Made by a program: the position numbers and the translations under genes. This document shows positions 37,575 to 46,297 of a stretch of 64,000 nt of DNA, in pieces. The notes under the pieces were generated by a model. It saw nothing but the letters and a program-made list of their open reading frames with translations. It ran no database searches and was not told the origin of the DNA. This DNA comes from a virus (lineage: Duplodnaviria > Caudoviricetes), in IMG/VR virus record IMGVR_UViG_3300027991_000080, positions 1 through 64,000 of that record; one strand, given 5' to 3'. Within the stretch, counting starts at the first letter, position 1; each line of letters begins with the position of its first letter.

Positions 37575-37774
37575 CGGACGCTCTATTGGCAGAGCTCGCT
37601 CATCTCTTCTCGATCGAAGCGTTTGAAGCAGATAGGCGCCCTGATCCGGAAGAGGCGGATCGATTGTGGGATATCGCGGACGAGCTGCACGAGATGTGTC
37701 TCGATGCAGATAAGGAATGGATCGATGAAAACTTTGGGCCAGATCGCCTACGAGGCGTTCACATCAGGACGTGA
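37571..37774 (+). CDS. small acidic protein
   Basis: Coupled. Confidence 0.5.
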   Translation: MTDALLAELAHLFSIEAFEADRRPDPEEADRLWDIADELHEMCLDADKEWIDENFGPDRLRGVHIRT

Positions 37775-37866
37775 TCTTCATTCTCCGCTTGTGCCATGGG
37801 AAAAACTCCCAGAGACAGCCAAAAGGCGCTGGGAGCGCGTAGCGCAGGCAGTCAAGAAGGCCTGAG

Positions 37867-38073
37867 ATGCCTCGCGGCAATAGAGCCAAAACGCCCGGTG
37901 TTCTCGATCTGGTGACTCTGGTCGAAAAAGTTGGAGGAACCGTTTCAGAGGGAACGGCTCTCGAGCTCTGTAAACGGTTGCGAGCCGCGGAGCTCACGAT
38001 CCGGGCGCAGCGGGAAGTAATCGAGGAGCACGCGCGTACGATCGCTAGTCTCCAAGAAAGGAAACAGAAATGA
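37867..38073 (+). CDS. small coiled-coil protein
   Basis: Coupled to next gene. Confidence 0.5.
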   Translation: MPRGNRAKTPGVLDLVTLVEKVGGTVSEGTALELCKRLRAAELTIRAQREVIEEHARTIASLQERKQK

Positions 38074-38699
38074 TCAATCCGAGATGGTACTGGTTGTTTA
38101 GTGCGATTGTAATCATTGTATCCGGTTGCGGTGGGAGCGATTTTTCTTTCACCGAGAGCCCTGTGGTCGACTACGACTCAGGTCATCCGTCGACAATGCC
38201 GGTCGATGACGCGGGCGCGGTGCCTCCAGACGTCGCTCCAGAGACGTCAGACGCGGGCGCCGGAGGCGCACCCGGTACCGGAGGCAGGACGGCCACAGGA
38301 GGCACTACGGGGCACGCTGGAACCGTTTCTGCCGGCGGGAAGACTGCGACCGGCGGCTCGAGTGGAGGTGTCACGGCGACCGGAGGAGCGCAGGGCACCG
38401 GCGGTCATCCGTCGGAGGATGCCTGTGTTCCTGTGACGCACACCAATGGCGTCGGGCAGACATGGCGCGACTGCGTACCGGTGGGCACCTACGACGAAAC
38501 GCAGGCAATGAAAGCGTGCCTTGCGCGCACCGGCGACCGGCGGAGGTGTAGCCTCGCGCCTGGGTGCGGGAGCGCCGCACAAGTCGTTCAAGGTACGGGC
38601 GAGGGATACAATCTGCTCTGGGGGTTCGACGGAAACACGGCCGGTTTCGTCGGGATCGACGGCGCCTGTCCGAGCGGACACAGCGGGGCGTGGCAATGA
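38070..38699 (+). CDS. lipoprotein with Gly/Thr linker and Cys-rich C-terminal domain
   Basis: Lipobox VSGC; GGAPGTGG-type linker; seven Cys in total. Confidence 0.75.
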   Translation: MINPRWYWLFSAIVIIVSGCGGSDFSFTESPVVDYDSGHPSTMPVDDAGAVPPDVAPETSDAGAGGAPGTGGRTATGGTTGHAGTVSAGGKTATGGSSGGVTATGGAQGTGGHPSEDACVPVTHTNGVGQTWRDCVPVGTYDETQAMKACLARTGDRRRCSLAPGCGSAAQVVQGTGEGYNLLWGFDGNTAGFVGIDGACPSGHSGAWQ

Positions 38700-38950
38700 A
38701 GTACACAATCGTGAATTACCTGCTCTGCGCGCTCGGGCTCACGCTCGGCTGGCTAGCTCTGCAGCGAAATGCTCGCGCCGACGCTCAGGACGGTCTCTAT
38801 GCGGAGAAGTCGACCGCGCTCGACGGGGTTGTTGTTCGCCGCATCCGCGATCCCCACAACGACGTTGTTTGCTACGTCGCTATCGGCAACGGTAGGGGAT
38901 ACGCCAACCAACCGATGGTTTTCCCTGCAATTTCCTGCGTGCGCCAATGA
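38696..38950 (+). CDS. small secreted/membrane protein
   Basis: N-terminal hydrophobic helix; IRDPHNDVVCY. Confidence 0.6.
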   Translation: MKYTIVNYLLCALGLTLGWLALQRNARADAQDGLYAEKSTALDGVVVRRIRDPHNDVVCYVAIGNGRGYANQPMVFPAISCVRQ

Positions 38951-39128
38951 CCTGGGAAGACGTAGCCCAGCTTCTTCTCGATGATTTCGATGTCGCCTCG
39001 GCGTTCAAGACGGAGGAACTGAAGGCCGCCCTTGCGAAAAGACTCGAGGAATTGGCGGTGATAGGCGTGATCGATGGGCCTTACGGGTCCTGAAACGTTT
39101 CACGTGAAACACGAGTTACAATGATCCC

Positions 39129-39887
39129 ATGCTCCCCTCGATTGGCTACGGAGTAGATGTCTCGGCGTACCAAGATCCGGCCACACTGCCTTGGAAAGCC
39201 TTCGAGTCCGGGCTCAAGTTCGCGATCTGTCGAGCTGCCTACGGAGCCGAACTTCGGGATGCGCGAGTTCAGGAGCACGCCCGGCGTTTTCGAGATCTTG
39301 CTGTCAACCTCGGTCTCTATCTCTTCTTCCGAAATATTCACAACGTACGGAAGCAGTTTGATCTCCTCTGCTCCGTCGCTGACGCCGTCCGGCTCGGAGA
39401 AGGCGACATCTACCCGGCGATCGATATCGAAGCAGACACGTTCCCGAAAAGGCGCCTGGTGACGCCCGACTGGTCAGGTCCAGCAGAGGAGCTCACGAAC
39501 ATGATCGTCGAGCGCTGGGGAAATTGCCTGGTGTACATCACGCGCGCGGAGTGGCGAGCCATGGGGTCGCCGACATGGGTTCTCGAGCGCCCGCTGTGGG
39601 TCGCGAACTACACGAACGCGCCGGCGCCGTACGTGCCTGGTGATTTGGTGCCGACCATCTGGCAACACCGCGTGGCGCCGTTCGAGCTCAACGGTGGAGG
39701 CGGATACAACAAGGCGGCGCCGCTCCTCGATCAGAATCGACTGATTCAACCGCTGCCGATCATCGGTCTCGATCGCACCGAGGTCGGCAACGCTTACAAG
39801 GAGCGCCTACAGGGACTCATCGCGTTGACAGCTGCGCAGGCGTTGCATCCGGATGAGGCGCCGCAGGATAGGATGAGGGCAGCGTAG
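39129..39887 (+). CDS. GH25 lysozyme (endolysin)
   Basis: GVDVSAYQ, AIDIE (DxE), LWVANY, IWQH. Confidence 0.9.
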   Translation: MLPSIGYGVDVSAYQDPATLPWKAFESGLKFAICRAAYGAELRDARVQEHARRFRDLAVNLGLYLFFRNIHNVRKQFDLLCSVADAVRLGEGDIYPAIDIEADTFPKRRLVTPDWSGPAEELTNMIVERWGNCLVYITRAEWRAMGSPTWVLERPLWVANYTNAPAPYVPGDLVPTIWQHRVAPFELNGGGGYNKAAPLLDQNRLIQPLPIIGLDRTEVGNAYKERLQGLIALTAAQALHPDEAPQDRMRAA

Positions 39888-39936
39888 CGTCTTGCCCCGT
39901 TGACCGTGCCGTCCTCGAGCGGCGACGCTTGGAGCC

Positions 39937-40097
39937 ATGATAACGATTATCTCATTGCCGTCCTAGGGGCTCTCCTGTACGCGCTTGCGGCGAATCCGAA
40001 GCTCGCGGAACTCGGGAGGATCATGTTTTTTTGCGGGCTGCTCTGGACCGTCTACATGCTAGCCGGTGCGACATTCGCCGTTGGTAGAATCCGATAG
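39937..40097 (+). CDS. small two-TM protein (holin candidate), apparently frameshifted
   Basis: GGAG-ATG 39937 reads MITIISLPS*; the TM-coding frame begins one base back at 39951. Confidence 0.4.
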
Positions 40098-40116
40098 CTG
40101 CGGTATTCTGAGGTCC

Positions 40117-40512
40117 ATGTTCAAGGTGGGCCTCGAGTTCGCGAACGGAACGACCGAAGACTCCAAGAAGCTCGTGTCCCGGCTGTTCACGCCGGCGGAC
40201 ATCCTCACGGCGATGCGCGATGCGCGCATGCAATTCAATACGAGCGACGTGGTGCTCGTCGCCTCCGATACCGACGCAGACGGATTCGATGCGATGCCCC
40301 GTCGCGGGTACCTCGATCGACTCCGGCGCGTGCTGGGCCATCGAGCTCCGCGTGCGCTTGCGAACATGACGATCGCTCACAAGTCAGCGCAGAAGGTTGT
40401 TCAGCTTCCAGCCGAAGATTCGGCGGCGTGGCTTGTGATCACGCGCGGGAAGGACATGCCGGTGATGTGCGTGATCTACGCCACGCCGTACAAGATTTCG
40501 GAGGCGAACTAA
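40117..40512 (+). CDS. hypothetical protein
   Basis: ATG after GAGG; strong G/C-ending codon bias. Confidence 0.65.
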   Translation: MFKVGLEFANGTTEDSKKLVSRLFTPADILTAMRDARMQFNTSDVVLVASDTDADGFDAMPRRGYLDRLRRVLGHRAPRALANMTIAHKSAQKVVQLPAEDSAAWLVITRGKDMPVMCVIYATPYKISEAN

Positions 40513-40513
40513 A

Positions 40514-40786
40514 ATGAGCGCAAAGTCAGGACTGCTGAGCGCCCTCGGGGCCATCATGGGAGGCGTTGCAGGCGCCGCCGCGGGGCACGCTGCAGCGACG
40601 ATGCGACCGCGCATCAGGTACTCGGCGGAGAGCACCGGAGACACCATCGAGGACGCTATGGTGGTCGGAGGTGCCGCTGGAGCGGTGCTCGGGGCGTTCA
40701 TCGGGGGAGCTGTCGGAGGAAGCGACGGCGCCACGCATCAAATTACCTCAACGTCAACCGCGCAGCTTCCGCCGAAGCAACTCTGA
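40514..40786 (+). CDS. glycine-zipper membrane protein
   Basis: Two GxxxG-rich hydrophobic helices. Confidence 0.7.
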   Translation: MSAKSGLLSALGAIMGGVAGAAAGHAAATMRPRIRYSAESTGDTIEDAMVVGGAAGAVLGAFIGGAVGGSDGATHQITSTSTAQLPPKQL

Positions 40787-40863
40787 CGCGCTGCAAGGTA
40801 CCGCAAACGGTACTTTTGCGGCAAATCGCCACGATTATGCCGGTCTGAGCTACCTTGTCGGCC

Positions 40864-41178
40864 ATGACGCCCGATGAGCGTATGAAGTGGCGCGAGTTCG
40901 AGAGGGAAGCTGACGAGCTCAAGGCTGAAGTACTTGTGATGTGGGGGCGGATCCGTCGATTGCAGGACAACATGGCTACGTTCAGCGACGAAACGATCGA
41001 ACGGGCCAGCCAAACCGCCCTTGAGAAGTATCGCGATGAGATGCCAAGCGAGACAAAGCTGTCGATCTCACCTCAGAAGGTGCGTCTACTCTTCACGAAC
41101 GGGCGACCGTGGGCCTTCGTGGTCTGCACTGCTCTGATCGCTATCGTGGTGCTCGCCTGGATCCTTCGGCCCAGGTGA
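40864..41178 (+). CDS. coiled-coil protein with C-terminal TM
   Basis: WAFVVCTALIAIVVLAWIL at C-terminus. Confidence 0.6.
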   Translation: MTPDERMKWREFEREADELKAEVLVMWGRIRRLQDNMATFSDETIERASQTALEKYRDEMPSETKLSISPQKVRLLFTNGRPWAFVVCTALIAIVVLAWILRPR

Positions 41179-41314
41179 TTTTTTGGGTAGTTCAGTCGGG
41201 GGAGGAGGAACGGAAGGACCGTGCGTCAACCGAGCAAGCCTCTCGAGAAACGCTTTCTCGAGTTTTTCGATGGCTATCTCGAGAGCTAGGACGCGTTCTC
41301 GAAGAGTCGGCGAC

Positions 41315-41824
41315 TTAGGCACGACGAGGAACGTAGTAGACGACCAGCGCGCCAGCAACGATGGCGAGCACTGCGCCGGTGATCCATGTGGTGGTCTTCG
41401 CGGTTTGCTTGATTCCCTCGAGCTCTTGCTCGATCTGCGTCGGGATCGACGGAACCGGATCTGGACGCTGTCCGGTATCGCTTGAGCTGGTCACGTTCTG
41501 TCCGGCGACGGTAGGAAATCCAGGACCGTTCCACGGTGTCGGCGCGGACACCTCGAACAGGTACCAGTCCCGCGGCGGGTCTGAGTCGTAGTGCTCGGTG
41601 GTTCGCACTGCGACCGTGGGCTTGTTCGATGAGAGCCACGCTCCGAACGCATCCGAGTCCTTGGCGAACACGTCGACCCAGTACTTACCGGCTGGAAGCG
41701 GGTTGTGGCGTTCGACTTTGCCGAGACCCATCCCGAGACGGATCACTCGATGACCGTTGAGATAGATCCCCTCAGGACGAATCACGGGACACGCGCCCAG
41801 GAAAGCGGTTTCTTCGCCGATCAT
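41315..41824 (-). CDS. C-terminally anchored membrane protein
   Basis: LGMGLG near N-terminus; TM WITGAVLAIVAGALVVYYV followed by RR. Confidence 0.7.
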   Translation of the reverse strand: MIGEETAFLGACPVIRPEGIYLNGHRVIRLGMGLGKVERHNPLPAGKYWVDVFAKDSDAFGAWLSSNKPTVAVRTTEHYDSDPPRDWYLFEVSAPTPWNGPGFPTVAGQNVTSSSDTGQRPDPVPSIPTQIEQELEGIKQTAKTTTWITGAVLAIVAGALVVYYVPRRA

Positions 41825-42225
41825 GATCTCGCGTGCCAGTTGGATAGAGTAACAACGATCCCGATGAAGAGGCTTGCCGCAGTCAGAACGGCGATGGTCT
41901 TTCCGAGACTGTCAGCGTTGCTCGACGCCGCGAGCGCACTTTGCGGCAGGTAGACAGCCGCTGCATGGTAGCAGCCTTGATTCCCTGTGGAGGCCTGCCA
42001 CATGTGGGGCTCGACGCGAATGAGCGCGGTGACCCCCGGGAGTGGGTAACTCTCCGTTGTGCCGAGCGGCACGGAGATGTCGTTTGATAGCGCGAGCGCG
42101 CGCTGGGCTACTGCTTCCGGAATAGGGCCGTCGCCGGCGCTCCAGGCTCTCCAACCGTTGGGAGGCTCGAGGCGCGGACATTGCGCAGCGAGCTCTGTAC
42201 CAGCGCCGTATTGCGCCATTTCCAA
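41821..42225 (-). CDS. C-terminally anchored membrane protein
   Basis: TM IAVLTAASLFIGIVVTL at C-terminus. Confidence 0.7.
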   Translation of the reverse strand: MEMAQYGAGTELAAQCPRLEPPNGWRAWSAGDGPIPEAVAQRALALSNDISVPLGTTESYPLPGVTALIRVEPHMWQASTGNQGCYHAAAVYLPQSALAASSNADSLGKTIAVLTAASLFIGIVVTLSNWHARS

Positions 42226-42290
42226 AGGATTCTACGTGGGGCACCTTGACACGTCCAGTTTGGAGGGAGCAGTATGTCACCAGGCATACA

Positions 42291-42491
42291 ATGGTACGGC
42301 CTCCGGCTAAAACGAGAGTTGCAACTTTCAAGGTAACTCCCGAGCAATGGGAGCAAATTGAGCGCTGCGCCGAGCGATGCAAGGTCAGCGCAAGCGCATG
42401 GCTGAGATCGGTCGCGTCGCAAGCCGCCACAAGTCGACCGACAGCTGACGGCAGAATTCAAATTCGATACCCCAACGGAGCAATGACATGA
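42291..42491 (+). CDS. ribbon-helix-helix regulator
   Basis: VATFKVTPEQWEQIERCAERCKVSASAWLRSVA. Confidence 0.7.
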   Translation: MVRPPAKTRVATFKVTPEQWEQIERCAERCKVSASAWLRSVASQAATSRPTADGRIQIRYPNGAMT

Positions 42492-42997
42492 CCGCCGGAG
42501 TGAGAGACGCAAAACAGTTGATGGGGTTCGAGGTTCCTGGAGACCAAAAGGTCGCTCTGCCGGTGCGACATTGGAACGCGCTCAAGCTCGCGCTCTGGAA
42601 AAATCGACAGGGCGGCGAGATCATCGAGCGGCAGGCGATAGAGATTCTGGAGTCGTGTGGTCACGTAGAGGGGTGTCCGGGCATTGATTCTGCTGTCGAG
42701 CCATGTCTGAGAGAGTGTCCTGATCGAGAAACGCGCATGAGTGCGCTAGTGATCATACAGGCGACTCGGATGGTCACGCCGATCGATGCGGCAAAAATCG
42801 CCAACGAGCCGTACTACGCACCGAGTCGCGAGTACTTCGCAGAGATCGTTGCGGAGCTCGCTATCGCTCAAGCCGAGAACGATGCGATGCGTGAGCTCCT
42901 TCGGCAGGCAAACATCCCCGCTCCAACTACTACCGAACAACTGGCGACGTTTCCGGCGCCGCCTCCTCTTCCGCAGCTCGAGTCTCCAACAGGATAG
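42488..42997 (+). CDS. hypothetical protein
   Basis: Coupled; CGHVEGC...CLREC. Confidence 0.65.
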   Translation: MTAGVRDAKQLMGFEVPGDQKVALPVRHWNALKLALWKNRQGGEIIERQAIEILESCGHVEGCPGIDSAVEPCLRECPDRETRMSALVIIQATRMVTPIDAAKIANEPYYAPSREYFAEIVAELAIAQAENDAMRELLRQANIPAPTTTEQLATFPAPPPLPQLESPTG

Positions 42998-43003
42998 AAA
43001 AAA

Positions 43004-43414
43004 ATGAAGTTCGTTCCGCGCTACGGTCAAATCATCGGACGCATGGTCACGGTGCGTGCGCCGTCGCAGATCATTCGTGTCAACGAGGGCAAGGTTTCCG
43101 TGTTCGTGCTCGTCGATGCGGCGGGACCGGATGCGGTGAGCGCCGGGATCGTGCCCGGAAGCGTGATCGTGCCGCTCGTGATGGCGCACGTGATTCTCGA
43201 GGACGCTCGTAGACCGATGGTCGAAGAGAAAAGTGTGGCCTTTTTTGCGCGCGATCTCCTGAATTCGGATCTTCTGATTCAGAACGAGAAGGGTGACAGG
43301 TTCGTGGCGTTCGATTCTGATGAGGCAGCAAAACCTCTCGGTGGCGGCGAGGATGGTGTCGCAATCCGCGCCTCTCGGGAAATGGCGCAATCTGCGCCCG
43401 TTGCGGAGGCGTGA
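43004..43414 (+). CDS. GroES-like co-chaperonin candidate
   Basis: MKFVP..GQIIGR...II...VLVDAAGPD...PGSVIV...MVEEKSV spacing resembles Cpn10. Confidence 0.5.
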   Translation: MKFVPRYGQIIGRMVTVRAPSQIIRVNEGKVSVFVLVDAAGPDAVSAGIVPGSVIVPLVMAHVILEDARRPMVEEKSVAFFARDLLNSDLLIQNEKGDRFVAFDSDEAAKPLGGGEDGVAIRASREMAQSAPVAEA

Positions 43415-44016
43415 TGTCCTGCGCCTGTCCTTCCCGTTCCCCGCGTGCGCTCGGAGAGCGAATCCAGCGCACGCTGGGGACCAGCAAACGCATCAAGCCT
43501 CACGCGCCACGTGAGGAAGAACCTGTCACGCTTGTCGGTCGACCTGGCGCCAAGTGTCGTCCATACATCCAGGTGATCAAGGACGACGAAAAATTCGCGG
43601 CGTGCAACGCGCTCGCGGATGAGCTCGGGCCAATCAACACGCCGCAGAAAGCGTTTCGCCTGATCGGGGAAGCAATCGGAGACGAACTCAACGAGGTGTT
43701 TGGCGTCGCGATGTTCGATATCCACCTTCGCTTGAAGGGTCTCTCTGAGACTGGGCGCGGGGAACCAGCGAGCGTTATGGCGCCGCTCATGCCCACGCTG
43801 CAGGCGGCACTGATCAACGGTGCGCACGCCGTGATCATTTTTCATGTGCATCCGTCTGGTATCAAAGCGGAACCGAGCGAGGCCGACAACGCGACTACGA
43901 AGGAGTTCGCGAAGGCCTTCGACACCGTAGACGTCAAGTTCTTAGACCATGTCATCGTTGGCGGCGATTCTCGCCGCCGCAGCTTCTACTCATACGCAAA
44001 ATCCGGAGCACTATGA
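43411..44016 (+). CDS. RadC-like JAB/MPN metalloprotein
   Basis: NEVFGV, HVHPSG..EPSEAD, FLDHVIVG: intact JAMM motif. Confidence 0.85.
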   Translation: MMSCACPSRSPRALGERIQRTLGTSKRIKPHAPREEEPVTLVGRPGAKCRPYIQVIKDDEKFAACNALADELGPINTPQKAFRLIGEAIGDELNEVFGVAMFDIHLRLKGLSETGRGEPASVMAPLMPTLQAALINGAHAVIIFHVHPSGIKAEPSEADNATTKEFAKAFDTVDVKFLDHVIVGGDSRRRSFYSYAKSGAL

Positions 44017-44456
44017 ACGATTCTCTCAGACTTCCTCCGCCGAACGTTTCGCGTCCCATGGTGACGCGCGTGCTGAGCGATGCATTGGTTCCGGAGGATG
44101 GTATCGACGCAAACGGTAAGCCTATTCCTCCTGGGTTTCCGTTGATTTGGGCATCGGGGCAGAGCCATCCGCTCGTCCCTGGCGCGAGAATCGTGCGCAT
44201 TTATCGTGATCCGGACGGAGGCGTCGAGCTCTACTCGGTGTTCGATCGGAATACGAAAGGGATGCGTAACTACATCCCTCCGGAAAAAATTCGACTCGTT
44301 GAAGAGGTGATGTCGATCGATCTTCTGGAAGAGGAGATTGCCATCGCGGAAGAATCCGACGACGAAGACGGCGACAGAACCGAACCCGAAGGAGATCATC
44401 CCGAACAGGAAGAAGAGGAGTCTCCCGTCAACGCGCAGGTGAACGGACAGGCCTGA
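44013..44456 (+). CDS. hypothetical protein with acidic tail
   Basis: Coupled. Confidence 0.65.
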   Translation: MNDSLRLPPPNVSRPMVTRVLSDALVPEDGIDANGKPIPPGFPLIWASGQSHPLVPGARIVRIYRDPDGGVELYSVFDRNTKGMRNYIPPEKIRLVEEVMSIDLLEEEIAIAEESDDEDGDRTEPEGDHPEQEEEESPVNAQVNGQA

Positions 44457-44460
44457 ACCC

Positions 44461-46050
44461 ATGCCTCGCAAGAAAATTTTTCCACGTCCGCGTTCTGAGG
44501 GCTCTCCAAACAACACGCCGACACAGGATGACGAGAACGACATTCTGCAAGAGGCCGAAGCGGAGACAGACGAGAACGGACAGACCGTGGTTTCCGAAGA
44601 AAAGATTCGGGAGCTGGGCGCTGTCGACGCGGAATCAGTTCGGGAGAATCGCCGCTCTCAAGACGTGGTGAACAAGAAGAAGGGAAACGTTCCCAAGGTT
44701 GCGTTCAACACTAACGATCCGATTGCGATCTACGACATGGTTTTGCGTACGTGGGGCGCTAATTCAGTCGAAGTGATCGTGAAGAGACTCACCGGAGGCC
44801 CTCCGGTGACGCACGTGATTCAAAGTCGTCCGCGTAGCGGTGTGGAGCTCTATGCAGCGATTCAGCAGCAAGTTCACGGATTCAGCCCCGAAGCGGAGTA
44901 CGAGGTCAAAGTAATTGACTCGAGTCGCAAGGAGTACAGAGGCACCGGACGGATCGTGATGCCTGACACGCGCCCGCCTGGGCAACAGCAGCAAGGCCAA
45001 CCGCCAATGAACACCTACAATCCGTACGCGCCAAACGGGTATCCGCCGGGCGGAGCGCCGCAATCGACTCCGTACACGCCGCATCCAACAGGCGGGTTTC
45101 CTCCCAATTTCACACCGTCGCAACAGACGCCTGTCGTGGTGCCTGCACCGGCCCCTGCTCCTGCTACAGGCTTCGATCTTTCCTCGTTTCAGCAGATGTT
45201 CGAGATGTTTCAGGCATGGCAACGGCAAATGCAACCTCCCCCGGCTCCGGGTGCGCCCCCGACGCCTCCGATGGATCCGGCAATGTTCCGAGAGATGCTC
45301 GCGATGTGGATGCAGATGCAGCAAATGCAACAGCAGCCGCAGCAATCAGCACCGGCGCAAGCGCCAGCGCCAGCTCCGGCTCCACCAGTTTCTCAGATCT
45401 CGCAGGTTCAACCGCTTCTTACGCTCGTTCGCGAGCTCAAGCAGCTATCGCAAGCGCTAGGCATCGAAGAGGCGAGACACGCTCCGGCTCCAGCGCCGAT
45501 GTATCGTCGTGCGTATGAAGACGCTCCTCCTCCGCCACGTCATGTCCCCCCGCCGCCTCCACCGATGACGCCGGCGCAACAGTTTCGGGATTCGATCTCG
45601 TTTCTTCGTTCTGCGTCTGACGCTCTCGAAGAGTTTCGCAGCATGATTCCTGGAGGAGAGGCTCCCGAGAGAACACACGCGCCAACCTCGGATGACGACG
45701 ACAGTCCAGTACGAGTGATCGAGACTGGAGCCGCCAAGATCCTGGTCAACAAGAAGGACGGATCGCTTCGCCCAATGGAGACGGCGTGGGCGAACATGGA
45801 CAAGATCCTGAAGTGGAGCGGCGAACAGATTGACAACGTCAACAGGGCTCGTGAGCGGCGCGAGAACGTTCGTGTGCAGCTTCCGGCCGGGTACGTGGAG
45901 ATGACTCCTGGATACCAGCCTCCGCCGGGCATGGTGGCCGTTCCGGTCGATCAGAGCCAGCTTCCGCCACCTCCTACAGAAATGCCTCCACCGATTCGTC
46001 AGCATCCACAGCAAGCGTCGTGGGGAGCGCCGCCAGAAACACAGGAGTAG
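44461..46050 (+). CDS. Pro/Gln-rich protein
   Basis: 529 aa, low-complexity middle; co-oriented operon gene. Confidence 0.75.
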   Translation: MPRKKIFPRPRSEGSPNNTPTQDDENDILQEAEAETDENGQTVVSEEKIRELGAVDAESVRENRRSQDVVNKKKGNVPKVAFNTNDPIAIYDMVLRTWGANSVEVIVKRLTGGPPVTHVIQSRPRSGVELYAAIQQQVHGFSPEAEYEVKVIDSSRKEYRGTGRIVMPDTRPPGQQQQGQPPMNTYNPYAPNGYPPGGAPQSTPYTPHPTGGFPPNFTPSQQTPVVVPAPAPAPATGFDLSSFQQMFEMFQAWQRQMQPPPAPGAPPTPPMDPAMFREMLAMWMQMQQMQQQPQQSAPAQAPAPAPAPPVSQISQVQPLLTLVRELKQLSQALGIEEARHAPAPAPMYRRAYEDAPPPPRHVPPPPPPMTPAQQFRDSISFLRSASDALEEFRSMIPGGEAPERTHAPTSDDDDSPVRVIETGAAKILVNKKDGSLRPMETAWANMDKILKWSGEQIDNVNRARERRENVRVQLPAGYVEMTPGYQPPPGMVAVPVDQSQLPPPPTEMPPPIRQHPQQASWGAPPETQE

Positions 46051-46053
46051 CCC

Positions 46054-46245
46054 GTGAAGTACCGGATCGCCATGAGCGTCGAAGTGGACGCCCGCGACGA
46101 CAATCAAGCTCACGATTTTGCGGTCAAGTTGAAGGGTCTGCTGAGCTCTCCTCTTGTACGTATGGCGGTTGAGGGTGAGGGGGTACGACTCTCACGCGGC
46201 GACGGGAAGCCAGTAGTTCACCAGCCGCAACGGCAGATTTACTGA
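46054..46245 (+). CDS. small hypothetical protein
   Basis: Operon gene. Confidence 0.6.
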   Translation: MKYRIAMSVEVDARDDNQAHDFAVKLKGLLSSPLVRMAVEGEGVRLSRGDGKPVVHQPQRQIY

Positions 46246-46297
46246 AGAATCTCGGGGAAGCTGGACGGATCCCCGACCACGCGCGTAGTCTTTTGGG

